DNA from: a bacterium
GTDB lineage: Bacteria > Zhuqueibacterota > Zhuqueibacteria > Residuimicrobiales > Krinioviventaceae
DNA: 64,000 nt
Assembly: GCA_963693055.1 (NCBI GenBank)
Contig: OY843751.1
Coordinates: forward strand, 5,856,001 to 5,920,000
Direction of reading: 5' to 3'
Under the pieces are notes generated by a model. The model saw only the letters and a list, made by a program, of their open reading frames with translations, was not told where the DNA came from and did not search any database. A program made the translations under genes and the position numbers. Shown here piece by piece: positions 31,661 to 42,187 of the stretch. The first letter of the stretch is position 1. Each line of letters begins with the position of its first letter.

Positions 31661-32167
31661 TTATTCTTTTTTCTTACGAATCGGTATATACAAATCTATT
31701 TTAGATTCATGCAAGCGGTCCATTCCCTTGAAACGCTCATCATAAAGCTGATAATTAAAAGGATATGCAATTTCGTAACCTGATTTGCTTAACCATTCCT
31801 GTACAAGCAATGTTTCCCAATCAGACGAAATTTCATTACCTTTTAATGTATAAACGGCATAGGTGTTTTCAGGAAGAACCTTGAGTACCAAGTCAACAGG
31901 GGCCAATTCCGCTTTTTCTATTCCAAAACCTACAAAAATTTCAAAGTGTCCTTTTTCCCGAGTATCATAATGTTCAATATGTACTTCGAGCATTTGCTCA
32001 GGTAAGGGAAATTGCAGTTCATTTTTCTTCATATATTGCATTAAACGGGCCCACAAACGGCCTATTTCATTTTCTTCAGTCCAACCGCTACTGAATTGAA
32101 AAGGATCACCAAAAAAATCGAGTCCTACTAAAATCATACGCTCTTTATGTACTATCCGGGGTTCCAT
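31661..32167 (-). CDS. GyrI-like small-molecule-binding protein
   Basis: MEPRIV, IGRLW, WL..SGYE, YDERF, DLYIPI; start refined using the AGGAG SD. Confidence 0.85.
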   Translation of the reverse strand: MEPRIVHKERMILVGLDFFGDPFQFSSGWTEENEIGRLWARLMQYMKKNELQFPLPEQMLEVHIEHYDTREKGHFEIFVGFGIEKAELAPVDLVLKVLPENTYAVYTLKGNEISSDWETLLVQEWLSKSGYEIAYPFNYQLYDERFKGMDRLHESKIDLYIPIRKKKE

Positions 32168-32256
32168 ATCAATCTCCTGAATAAAAACAGTATCCATTCA
32201 ATATACTAAATTGAATGAATAAAAAAAGGTCGTATGAAAACCATACGGCCATTTAG

Positions 32257-34743
32257 TCATTTGATAAACATAAGCTTTTTAACAAAGGATTCATGCCCGG
32301 CTGTAAACCGGCAAAAGTAAACGCTACTTGATATACCCAGGGTGTTGAAACGAATGCTATATTTACCTGCCTGCTGATAACGGTTGTCAACCAGGGTTCT
32401 CACCAGCCGTCCCATAATATCATAGACATGGACATTAACAGTTGCATTTTGGGCCAAATGGTATTCGATCTGTGTTGATGGATTGAACGGATTGGGATAC
32501 GCATTCATCAAATCCGTTTTTAACGGAACTGTATTCTCGTCCTCCAATCGGGTAATGACCGTATTTACAATTTTAATAGTTCGCGCGCCAACGGTTTTAT
32601 TTGCATTCCCCGCATCATCAAGGGTCATTAAATTTAGAGTATAAACACCATCAGTGAATTGGGTGGTATTAAGATAAAATGTGAATCCCGCGTTTTCTGC
32701 ATTAAGGTATCCCGGATATTTTTGTGCAACAGTTTCATTCCGCAAGTTATATATGGGTTTACCAATAAACTCTCCGTTTAAATACACAAAAATAGTAGAG
32801 CCATCCGTTTGAATGGTGTTTGGCGGTACTGCCAAAACCCAACCGGTGATTTCTACATTCTCGCCAGATACTATTTGTCCATCTGCCGGAGCATCAATGT
32901 CTCCAAACGGAAGCACGGCATTGGCGTTATCAATTATAAATGACGCACTTTGTAACAGGGTCACATTACCCTCATAGTCCTCTACCTCGGCTGCAAAGAC
33001 ATATTCACCATTTTCAAACTCGTGACTAGACAAAGAATAATTCCATCCCGCACAATCAACAAAAGGGTATGCCTTATACATGGATTGTACATCCGGCCTT
33101 GTGCTTTCCACCTGAACAGCATCGCCAATATATTGCAGTTCATTTTCATTTTTTAACAAAATTTTGACTGATTGAACGCCAATATCATCCAATGCCCAAC
33201 CTGACAATTGCACATTACCGCTCACAACCTGGTCTTGTGCAGGAGAGATAAATTCTCCAAAAGGGGGCTCTGTTATATCATTCACAGTAAATTTAACAGA
33301 AACATATTCCGATGCAGATGCGTTATTGATCTCAGAGACTACAATTGTGCCGTGATGTTGACCTACAGGTAATCCGGAAGGATCAAGTGTAACCTGCACC
33401 CATCCCGGACCTGTTCCTGTGGGTGGATCTAACACAATCCAATCTTGTTTTGTTTCTACCTGCCAATTTAAAATTCCTTCACCCTTGTTGAACACCTGAA
33501 AATAGTGATTATAGGGGCCAGTAGCCTGTATCTCGTTTCCTGATTGAGGGATGGTTCTTTTCAAATTTGAACCGCCAGCAGGAGCACCGGCTTTAATATT
33601 ATTTGTTGATGTACCGGCAGCAGGCGCAGTACTGTTTTCAATAGTAAAATATCTGGTGCCAATACCATCGGTGTTGCCTACATTATCCGTTGCCACCCAT
33701 TGGATAGTATGCACACCATTTTCATAAGGAGTAGTGTCAAATTCAAAAAAAGCACCTGCTCCATTTGCATTTTGATAATCCGGAAAGAGAGAAGCAATGT
33801 CGGAGCGATATCCATTATACGTTGCCGTTCCAACATTTTGTCCATCAATGAGCACCTGTATATCGCTACCGCATTCATACAACATATTCGGTAAGGGCGT
33901 TAGTGCCCAGCCAGTACATCTAAAATTTGTTCCAAAGGCTTTACCTCCATTTTTAGGAGAATCTATGGCGCCAAAGGGTTTAACCGCATTTTCATTGTCT
34001 ACATGTATTGTAGTTGTTCCCAAATCTGTTCTATTGCCTTCTACATCCCTGGCAACGGCTTTATACATGTGGGTCCCATTATCGTCTGGTACACAATGGG
34101 TTAATATTGGAAACTCCCAACCTCCTTTATAATTTTCAGGATAATCGGGGTATTTTTTGATCTGGTCTGGTCTTATACCTTCTACCAGAGCAGCCTCACC
34201 TAAAAATTTTTCACCATCGTTATCTACTTTGTAAATTTCAACACCATCAATGGCCACATCGTCCAGAGCCCATCCTCCAATGATAACCTGACCACTGACA
34301 GTTGAACCGGATTCCGGCTTATCAACTGCGCCAATGGGTGGTGATGATTGATTCATATAATATGATGTAATTTTACAATACAACTCTTCATCCAGGTTAA
34401 AAGTGTCCAAACCGGAATGAATTAGTACAGTTCCAGCTCCTGAATCATCCTCTAAGCTTGTATCAAACAATTCGGAATCAGGGATGAGATCAACAAATCC
34501 GTTTCCCTTACCTTGCTCAGGCACTACTTTTAACAAGTCATTATCTGATTTCACTACCCATTCTGTATTTTGATCTTTGGCGTTTACATAAACTCTTGCA
34601 CGTGGTTGATAGTTTGAGTTTAGAACATTAGCAAGTGTGATTTCTTTTCTGGAAAATTCAATAGGCTTTTCTTGTGCAATACTTGTTTGAAAATGCAGGG
34701 TAAAAATAATTAAAAGTAATACAGGCAATCCTTTTCGTATCAT
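32257..34743 (-). CDS. Secreted protein with BACON-like and four Ig-like repeats plus T9SS-type C-terminal domain
   Basis: Four PFG..D.P..G..VSG....GWAL repeats; AYPNPFNPST C-terminus. Confidence 0.75.
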   Translation of the reverse strand: MIRKGLPVLLLIIFTLHFQTSIAQEKPIEFSRKEITLANVLNSNYQPRARVYVNAKDQNTEWVVKSDNDLLKVVPEQGKGNGFVDLIPDSELFDTSLEDDSGAGTVLIHSGLDTFNLDEELYCKITSYYMNQSSPPIGAVDKPESGSTVSGQVIIGGWALDDVAIDGVEIYKVDNDGEKFLGEAALVEGIRPDQIKKYPDYPENYKGGWEFPILTHCVPDDNGTHMYKAVARDVEGNRTDLGTTTIHVDNENAVKPFGAIDSPKNGGKAFGTNFRCTGWALTPLPNMLYECGSDIQVLIDGQNVGTATYNGYRSDIASLFPDYQNANGAGAFFEFDTTPYENGVHTIQWVATDNVGNTDGIGTRYFTIENSTAPAAGTSTNNIKAGAPAGGSNLKRTIPQSGNEIQATGPYNHYFQVFNKGEGILNWQVETKQDWIVLDPPTGTGPGWVQVTLDPSGLPVGQHHGTIVVSEINNASASEYVSVKFTVNDITEPPFGEFISPAQDQVVSGNVQLSGWALDDIGVQSVKILLKNENELQYIGDAVQVESTRPDVQSMYKAYPFVDCAGWNYSLSSHEFENGEYVFAAEVEDYEGNVTLLQSASFIIDNANAVLPFGDIDAPADGQIVSGENVEITGWVLAVPPNTIQTDGSTIFVYLNGEFIGKPIYNLRNETVAQKYPGYLNAENAGFTFYLNTTQFTDGVYTLNLMTLDDAGNANKTVGARTIKIVNTVITRLEDENTVPLKTDLMNAYPNPFNPSTQIEYHLAQNATVNVHVYDIMGRLVRTLVDNRYQQAGKYSIRFNTLGISSSVYFCRFTAGHESFVKKLMFIK

Positions 34744-34956
34744 TTTTCCTCCCGAGCCGGTTAAAAAGTCCTGTCAAAGGGACAAACTGCATATCAAACT
34801 GACATCCTGATTTATTTTTGTCTCTTAACTATAACAAAAACAATTGATTGAAAATTAGTAAATATAATGGAAAATTTTCCGAAAAAGTTTCAAGAACTGT
34901 GCCAGGAGGGTAATGTTTATACCAGGGCCGCTAATTCACGGCCCCGGCAATTTAAA

Positions 34957-35418
34957 TCAATCCATGGGTGCTATGCCTCCTTCAGGCATCCATTCCGGCC
35001 ATCCCTCTAACCAATTCGGTATAAACGCGTTTTTCACACGATCACATACCGGGAAATAGGGCTTTAAATCCAAAACCTGTGTATTATCAACAGCATCGAT
35101 ATTAGCAACCTCAATTTGTCCGGTCCCATTATCTATATGAACAATAGGACACACAGACATGGCAATGGGATTCGGTCGGTATTCCGCACGGCAGGCAAAC
35201 ACACCCGCGGTTTTATCCTCGGCATACGGAAGCTGTGTCTGTAATTTTGCGCGGTCCTTTTCATTATCACAACGGTCTGCCCACCAGAAGACCACCACAT
35301 GGCTAAATTCATCCAGTCGCAACAATCCATCTTTATAGTCCGGATTCAGTTGAACAACTGTTTTTCCATTTTCACGCAACACCTGCCCGATTGTTTTTAC
35401 CTGAAATTGCTTCTGCAT
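34957..35418 (-). CDS. TsaA/TrmO-like SAM-dependent methyltransferase
   Basis: GL..L.EFSH, GVFACRA..RPNPI, DA.D.T.VLDLKPY. Confidence 0.85.
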   Translation of the reverse strand: MQKQFQVKTIGQVLRENGKTVVQLNPDYKDGLLRLDEFSHVVVFWWADRCDNEKDRAKLQTQLPYAEDKTAGVFACRAEYRPNPIAMSVCPIVHIDNGTGQIEVANIDAVDNTQVLDLKPYFPVCDRVKNAFIPNWLEGWPEWMPEGGIAPMD

Positions 35419-35588
35419 TTTTATCTCCTGTATTGATTATAATTGACAGATAAAAATACAATACTCTCAGACCTTTTTCTTGATCCTGCTTGCCCAATAC
35501 CAATCCCAATAATAACAATTGCGATCAAACCTGACAAATCTTGCTTTTTGATGTAATAGTTTTAGCCGATAAAATGATATAAAGCTCT

Positions 35589-35623
35589 AAAAAAAGGCCC
35601 CGATGCAATGATCGGGGCCTTTT
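35589..35623. terminator. Rho-independent terminator, possibly bidirectional
   Basis: AAAAGGCCCCGAT..ATCGGGGCCTTTT. Confidence 0.8.
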
Positions 35624-35642
35624 ATAACGATTATAACTTTAT

Positions 35643-36830
35643 TTACCACACCCTGCAAATCAATCCTTTTAAATACTCTCCTTCCGGGAAATTGGCTGCT
35701 ATGGGGTGATCCTCAGGCTGACCCAGGTGCCTTAATATATGCACATCCCGGCCCGAATCTGCGGCTGATGCCGCGATGATCTTTTGGAACAGATCTCGGT
35801 TCACATGTCCTGAGCAGGAAAAGGTAAACAAGATACCACCGGGATTCAATAGTTTCATTGCTAACAGGTTAATATCTTTGTATCCCCTGCTTGCTTTTTG
35901 TACCTGATGGGCAGATTGCGCGAATTTGGGAGGATCAATCACAATAACGTCAAAAGATTTTCTGGCATCACGATAGGTCCGTAATTGTTTAAAAACATCC
36001 GCTTCAAGGTGCTCAATCTTTTCCATGTCGAACCCATTTTGCTCCGCTGCCTGTCGTGCTAAATCAAGCGCGTCTGCTGAAGAATCCATCTGCACTACAT
36101 GTTCGGCGCCACTTTGCAGTGCCCACAGACCGAATCCGCCGGTATAACTAAAGGCGTTCAGCACAGATGCGCCCTGACAAAAGGCTGAAAACGCAGCACG
36201 ATTGTCTCGCTGGTCCAGATAGTATCCCGATTTATGCCCGGTTCGTACATCCACAGGGATGGCAATGCCTCCCTCGTGTATCCAGATCAGTGTCGGTGGT
36301 TCTTCACCCCACAACTTTCCAATAGATATGGGCAGGCCTTCTTTGTCGCGGCTTTCGGAATCTGACCTTTCAAAAATCCCGGCACAGGGTGCCAGTTCTG
36401 CAAGAATGGCCACAATATCTGCTTTCCAATGTTCTACGCCTGCTGAAGTAAACTGGCAAACCAGGTATTCATTATACTGGTCCACAACCAGACCGGGCAG
36501 ACCATCTGCTTCGGCATTGATCAAACGGATTGCAGTAGTAAACCCGGATTCGTTCAGCCAGGCCCGTCCGGACATGGCCCGCTCAATTCGACGACGAAAA
36601 AAATCAACGTCAATGGTTTCGGTCTCGTCAAAACTCCAGACCCGTACCCGTATTTGTGATTCGGGCGAGTACGCTCCCTTGCCCACCGGCTTGCCGGAGG
36701 ACGTAATAATGTCAACGGTCTCACCACTTGCGGGTTCGCCTCTGACTTCTTGAATGGCCCCGGAAAAAATCCACGGGTGCCGACGCTGAATAAACGCGTC
36801 ATGCTTGGGTAATAAATGTATGCTTTTCAT
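35643..36830 (-). CDS. rlmI: RlmI/RlmK-like class I SAM-dependent rRNA methyltransferase
   Basis: PUA domain HPWIFSGAI, EADGLPGL.VD, GHKSGYYLDQR, DPPKF, FSCS, PEGEYLKG; start refined to MKSIHLL. Confidence 0.85.
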   Translation of the reverse strand: MKSIHLLPKHDAFIQRRHPWIFSGAIQEVRGEPASGETVDIITSSGKPVGKGAYSPESQIRVRVWSFDETETIDVDFFRRRIERAMSGRAWLNESGFTTAIRLINAEADGLPGLVVDQYNEYLVCQFTSAGVEHWKADIVAILAELAPCAGIFERSDSESRDKEGLPISIGKLWGEEPPTLIWIHEGGIAIPVDVRTGHKSGYYLDQRDNRAAFSAFCQGASVLNAFSYTGGFGLWALQSGAEHVVQMDSSADALDLARQAAEQNGFDMEKIEHLEADVFKQLRTYRDARKSFDVIVIDPPKFAQSAHQVQKASRGYKDINLLAMKLLNPGGILFTFSCSGHVNRDLFQKIIAASAADSGRDVHILRHLGQPEDHPIAANFPEGEYLKGLICRVW

Positions 36831-37290
36831 GCCGGAATATACTAAAAAGAAAGTATAAATAATATTAAATTTCATACTATTTTTAATATTGTGCAGGGAT
36901 TTGATCAAATTTAAGCAATAGTATTTGCCAGGCGGAATATATATTAGGACATTTGTCCTGGTTGTAAATAAAAATATTGCGGGAGAAATATTCCGAAACA
37001 ATATTCCGTGATGCAGGGCTTTGCATCACGATCAAGGACATCGTGCATGCAATCGAACTCAGGCTCCGGTTACCGATAAAAAAGGGCAAGCTTCTTCACC
37101 TGCTGCGGACAAACGAAACAAGTTTCGTTCTATCTAAAGATCTCATTTCAATAGAACATTTTTTATCTACAGGTGAAACGTATTGCCTGCCTTATACGTC
37201 AAATAATAAAGCCGCCAATGGACAAGAGCGTTTTATTTTATCTGCCAATTTACTATATTACGGCAGTAAAATAAAAAAAAGGAAAACCTA

Positions 37291-37875
37291 TTGAAATCTA
37301 TATGCGTATTCTGCGGATCTGGCAAGGGTTCATCCCCTGAATATATTAATGCCGCCCAAGAACTGGGCCGTCTGTTGGTCAAAGAAAATCTGGATCTGGT
37401 ATATGGCGGCGCGCGCGTGGGCCTTATGAACGAAATAGCCAACACCGTGCTGGAAGGCGGCGGCAAAGTTACGGGTGTAATGCCGCAATATCTGGTGGAC
37501 AAAGAAGTGGCCCATACCGGCATTACAAAGCTGCATATTGTTAAAGATATGCACCAGCGCAAAGCAATGCTGTCTGAATTGTCTGACGGTTTTATTGCCA
37601 TGCCAGGCGGACTGGGCACGCTGGAAGAGATATTTGAAGCTTTAACATGGGCCCAGCTTGGCATCCATAAAAAACCGTGCGGATTTTTGAATGTAAACGG
37701 ATTTTATGATAAACTACTGGACTTTTTGGACCATGCCGTTGACCAGGAATTCATCAAATCCGATAACCGGAAACTGGTCATGAGAGACCCGTCACCGGAG
37801 AATCTGCTTGAATTGATGCGAAACTATATTCCGCCCGGTGTTGACAAGGCAAAATGGATTTTACATATACAATAA
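37291..37875 (+). CDS. LOG family protein (TIGR00730-like)
   Basis: VFCGS, YGG..VGLM, MH.RK, PGGLGTLEE. Confidence 0.92.
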   Translation: MKSICVFCGSGKGSSPEYINAAQELGRLLVKENLDLVYGGARVGLMNEIANTVLEGGGKVTGVMPQYLVDKEVAHTGITKLHIVKDMHQRKAMLSELSDGFIAMPGGLGTLEEIFEALTWAQLGIHKKPCGFLNVNGFYDKLLDFLDHAVDQEFIKSDNRKLVMRDPSPENLLELMRNYIPPGVDKAKWILHIQ

Positions 37876-37896
37876 TTTTTTAATTATTGGGGAGAG

Positions 37897-38904
37897 TTGA
37901 ACATGTCATTGCACAAAATTATATCCGCCTGTTTGCTGATGCTTTTTTTTACGACAACTGCTGATGCCAGGCCAAACAACACGTTTCGCTATGAGAATAA
38001 AAAGTATCGCTTTTTTCCTGAAACCTCTAAAAAAAGACCGGACCTGCCGTCGCCGTTGGTGCTGGAAGATGGCCGTCAGATTGTGACCTGCTTTACCATC
38101 GACAAGCAGTATACGCTGATTGATGTTACCATTGCCAATGACGATTCCCTCAACTATCAGAAAAACCTGTGGCTGGGCAAGGGCCGTCAAAAGAGTGTTG
38201 ACGGTATCGACTTTCCCACACTCGCCCGCACCGGTCTACACTCTGAACAAGAGTTGGACCAGACCCGAACCATCACCGGTAAATCTATTCAGGAAATCAA
38301 CGATATTGCCCGTCCCGAGCAGTACTCGGGTATGGGATTCATCAGCTTTGACGAAGATATACTCTCGGTGCTCAAAGGCGACAACCGTCTGGTAGAAAAA
38401 GCGGGATTCACACATCCGCAAATAGTTGAACCGCTCTTCCATGTATGGAATGTGATCCAGGCTGCGGCCCGACAGAACAAAAAAATGCCGGTTGCCGATG
38501 CAATTGAAGGCATTTGTTATAATGATCAAAAAATCTATCTACAGGTATGGGGCGCGCTGGGTTGGCAGGAATCCATTTTTAACGATGAAATTCTGGGCTA
38601 TTGGGAGATTGAGGTCTGGCGAGATTTGAGTGATGAGGAAAAATCCTTTATTGAAAAAACCTATGCCGATCTGGACGAGAGACAAATGGAATCGCTTTTA
38701 CACAACCTGTCATACATCCACACCGGTGAGATGGTACCCTATTACATTATGCGCTACGGTTTTTACGAAGGCCATACCGGCTACCGCGCGGATCCCATCT
38801 CGATCCTCTCGGTATTTGGATTGAAAAGAATACAGGACCTGCACACAAGCATGGATGGCGATCTGTACAAGGCTTTGAATACGCATTTTACTTCAGAACA
38901 ATAA
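37897..38904 (+). CDS. Hypothetical exported protein
   Basis: Signal peptide; 335 aa; YI.RYGFYEGHT.YR.DP C-terminal motif. Confidence 0.65.
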   Translation: MNMSLHKIISACLLMLFFTTTADARPNNTFRYENKKYRFFPETSKKRPDLPSPLVLEDGRQIVTCFTIDKQYTLIDVTIANDDSLNYQKNLWLGKGRQKSVDGIDFPTLARTGLHSEQELDQTRTITGKSIQEINDIARPEQYSGMGFISFDEDILSVLKGDNRLVEKAGFTHPQIVEPLFHVWNVIQAAARQNKKMPVADAIEGICYNDQKIYLQVWGALGWQESIFNDEILGYWEIEVWRDLSDEEKSFIEKTYADLDERQMESLLHNLSYIHTGEMVPYYIMRYGFYEGHTGYRADPISILSVFGLKRIQDLHTSMDGDLYKALNTHFTSEQ

Positions 38905-38910
38905 TTTTCG

Positions 38911-41337
38911 CTAATATACCACCCGTATACCTATTGTAGGGATTGGCGGCATGGATGTGTACGGGTGTTTTACATAATAATCCACATACTTGCCATTGCG
39001 GGTATCGTACGAGATTGTCCCGAATTCTTTATAAAATAAAACATTTTTACGCGCATACAGGTTGCGAACGCCGGCGTAAAATGACATGTGCCAGGTGCTG
39101 AAATGAAACTCTTTTTCCAAACTCACATCAAGGCGATGGTACCACGGATGGCGGATTTTGCCCGGTGGTACGTCAATATAAATCACATCATAATAGTCCT
39201 GTTCCATGTCTGACCAGTTGCTGTCCCAGGGGATCCTTCGGTACGCGGAAATGTATTTATCAGCATAATAGGGCACGCCGCTGTAAATCACAAATGAGCC
39301 CGAAAACTTCCAGCCTTTGCCCAGTGGACGCGAGAAATAGGTGTCGAAACGATAGCGCTGGTCCCAGTTGGTATCGGTTTTCACACCCGAAATGGTACGA
39401 TAGGTACGGCCCACTGTTGCGGCAAACCAGCTCTGCCAGCCCATCAGTTTGGTTTTCAAAAACAGTTCCACGCCATATGCAGTACCGGGCTGTTGAATAA
39501 AATCGGGTCCAGGTCCTATCGAGCGAACCAGGTTACTGTATTGCTTGTAATAAGATGATAGAGAGATCTGGGTATTGTCTTTGGCGTATTCCACATTGGC
39601 GATCCAGTGGTTGGCGCTTTCCTGTTGCAGCGAATCATTAAGCGGAAAATAGAGCCGTAAAAAGCCCACCAGCCCGTCTTCAAGTGCCGTTGCTAATCCC
39701 TGGGTATAGCGTCCGTACGCGCCGGTCACCGACCAGTTCGGATTGATTTGATATTTCGCGTTCAGGCGCGGCTCGGGAATGACCTTACTGTTCCCCTGCC
39801 AGCGCGTTAGGCGCAATCCCCCACGCACGGTCAGGGGAGTTTCCGGCTGCCACAGCGCTTCGGCAAAACCGGTATACATGTTTGCACTGTTTGTATACGC
39901 AAAAGCATCTGTAGGCGCCTGATCAAAATAGATACCGATCTGCTCATTGTAGTCCCACAAGGGAGATACAGGCAGATAGTTGGAACCCCAACCATAATCG
40001 GGTTTGAACGTGGATTTCAACGCCCCGGCAGTCAACCGCCATGCTTTGGATACGTCCCAATCCATCTGTATATTGATGGAATGATCAGTCAGATCATTTG
40101 CAACCTCTTCTTTTTGATAAATAAAATCATCTTTTGCCTGTTGCAATTCTTCCTGGGCCCAATCCGGCACATCACCGGGAATATCCAATTCATTCTCATA
40201 TTCATAGGAATTACCGGCAACACTGGTATAGAGCTGTGTGGAAACATTTATCCTGTCTGTCACACGATAATCCCATTTCACACTTGCCAATGTGTTTTGC
40301 CATGAATAGGTATTAGCAACATGGTATTGATATTCGATGTATTCTATTTCTTCTGCACTTTCATCCTTATAAATAGTTTGGTCGCTGTCATATTCGGAGG
40401 TGTATTTATCTTTAAAGTTAAATGCCATCAACGAGATCGTATGCCTTGGGTGTGGTGTATAGGAGATCTTGCCAAACACATCGTAAAAGCCATAGGGCAC
40501 ACCGTCTCCCAGGTTCTTGAACAGGGTTTCCACATAGCTTTTTCGGCCCGAGACGATCCATTCCAGTTTGTTACCAAACCTGCCGCTGGCTGTCAAGTCC
40601 GCACCGATGATAGAGAGATCGCTGCTGATCTCGAGCGCCTTTTGCGGCGAGTGTGCTTTAACATTCAACACCGAACTGAGCCGGTTGCCATAGCGCGCGG
40701 AAAACCCGCCGGGAGAAAAGTGCACTTCGCCCACCAGGTCGGTATTGAACGCGCTGGCAAGACCAAACAGGTGAAAGGGATAATAGACCGGCACACCTTC
40801 CAACAGCACCAGATTCTGATCGGGATTGCCGCCGCGCACATTCAGCTCGTTGGTGAGCTCGTTCATGGTGATCACCCCGGGCAGGAACTGCAGTGCATTG
40901 TTTATGTCCGGCTGTAAGGTATAAGGCACGGTACGGATATCGCTTAAATTCATGCGCAGCGCGCCCGGTTCCAAAGACAATGCCACGGTTTCGTCTTTGT
41001 AGCGGTCAGATTCCACCCGCAGCTCGTTCAGCACCAGCACCTTGCGCTCCAGTTCAATATAATGGGTCCCCGCGGATATACCGTTTGCCGCGATACGTGC
41101 GGACTCGTAACCCATATATCGAATGATCAGTGTATCGTTTTCCATTTCGGAAGGCGGCATTGAAAAACGTCCGTGCGAATCTGAAATAACGCCTGCCCCG
41201 CTCTTGCTGAAAAACACATTGGCCCCGGCCAGAGTGTGGCGCGAGGCACGGTCCTGCACTACGCCGTTGATCATCTCTTTTGCGCCTGCCCACTGCAATG
41301 CCACAAAAACAAATACAACAATGATATATCTATTCAA
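38911..41337 (-). CDS. TonB-dependent receptor
   Basis: Carboxypeptidase-regulatory-like N-domain, plug LNVRGG.PDQN...EG.PVY, GGFSARYGNRLSSV, EPRL, YHRLD, NLY. Confidence 0.9.
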   Translation of the reverse strand: MNRYIIVVFVFVALQWAGAKEMINGVVQDRASRHTLAGANVFFSKSGAGVISDSHGRFSMPPSEMENDTLIIRYMGYESARIAANGISAGTHYIELERKVLVLNELRVESDRYKDETVALSLEPGALRMNLSDIRTVPYTLQPDINNALQFLPGVITMNELTNELNVRGGNPDQNLVLLEGVPVYYPFHLFGLASAFNTDLVGEVHFSPGGFSARYGNRLSSVLNVKAHSPQKALEISSDLSIIGADLTASGRFGNKLEWIVSGRKSYVETLFKNLGDGVPYGFYDVFGKISYTPHPRHTISLMAFNFKDKYTSEYDSDQTIYKDESAEEIEYIEYQYHVANTYSWQNTLASVKWDYRVTDRINVSTQLYTSVAGNSYEYENELDIPGDVPDWAQEELQQAKDDFIYQKEEVANDLTDHSINIQMDWDVSKAWRLTAGALKSTFKPDYGWGSNYLPVSPLWDYNEQIGIYFDQAPTDAFAYTNSANMYTGFAEALWQPETPLTVRGGLRLTRWQGNSKVIPEPRLNAKYQINPNWSVTGAYGRYTQGLATALEDGLVGFLRLYFPLNDSLQQESANHWIANVEYAKDNTQISLSSYYKQYSNLVRSIGPGPDFIQQPGTAYGVELFLKTKLMGWQSWFAATVGRTYRTISGVKTDTNWDQRYRFDTYFSRPLGKGWKFSGSFVIYSGVPYYADKYISAYRRIPWDSNWSDMEQDYYDVIYIDVPPGKIRHPWYHRLDVSLEKEFHFSTWHMSFYAGVRNLYARKNVLFYKEFGTISYDTRNGKYVDYYVKHPYTSMPPIPTIGIRVVY

Positions 41338-42187
41338 AGGTCAATATCTCCTTTTTAAATCTAACAATAACACTGTCCGTGATAGTATATGTCGATGAGA
41401 AATACCCAAATCCGCCACCATGAATGTTATCATTTTCTCCGGATTTCATCCCTTTACTGATATAGTCTTCAATGATGGGATCAATTTTATTCAAATCGTA
41501 ATAATATGAATGTTGATAGGGTAAAAAAGTTGAATCAAAGGCGGTTATTTTAATTTTTATTTTTTCCGTCCACTCGGATACCAAGGTATCCTTGAGACTT
41601 GCATGCTCAATAGCAGGCAGCACGGAACAGGTATCAAATGATGCAATTCCGTTATAAAAAATCCCTATTGAATACCAAAAGGCATGCTCGCTTTTACTGT
41701 AGCGAATTTGTGGTGAGACATATTCTGAAATCGAAAAATAGGGGTAGTACTTTTGCGTGAAACCTTTATATATATAATCCAGCGTGTCCGGCATATCTTC
41801 TTTTAACAAACGGAACTCGCCCGGAATATATGTATGGGCATATAACAGCACATCGTCATTAATACGCGCGGAAATATCATATCGTTCACCCGGTACAATA
41901 TCCACCTGCTCCTGTTCATCCGCGTAAACACCGGGCTGCAATTCGTCCAGCACCGCGCTCTGACCGTTACTACTCAGCGTAACCACTGCACCGCTCACAT
42001 CTTCAGGCATAGTCTCGGGCAATGAATAGCCCACCACCGCGCCAATAGGAGTAATATAGGCTGAAATTTTACTGAAGAGATAATAGGTACCCATGGAATC
42101 CGGGTCTACCAATATCGGATCATGGGTGCAGGAAAGAATACCTAACATCAGAAAGATTGTTATCTTTATTAATCGAAAATTATTCAA
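41330..42187 (-). CDS. DUF4249-like lipoprotein, tandem copy C
   Basis: TTG start after GGAG gives MNNFRLIKITIFLMLGILS-C; VSGA.V.L, PGVY, NI.GGGFGYFS. Confidence 0.75.
   Translation of the reverse strand: MNNFRLIKITIFLMLGILSCTHDPILVDPDSMGTYYLFSKISAYITPIGAVVGYSLPETMPEDVSGAVVTLSSNGQSAVLDELQPGVYADEQEQVDIVPGERYDISARINDDVLLYAHTYIPGEFRLLKEDMPDTLDYIYKGFTQKYYPYFSISEYVSPQIRYSKSEHAFWYSIGIFYNGIASFDTCSVLPAIEHASLKDTLVSEWTEKIKIKITAFDSTFLPYQHSYYYDLNKIDPIIEDYISKGMKSGENDNIHGGGFGYFSSTYTITDSVIVRFKKEILTFE

Noticed and set aside
36977-37294. 105-aa plus-strand ORF and hairpin at 37007-37030
   Set aside because: No recognisable protein features. The hairpin is single and REP-like with no second copy seen in the window.
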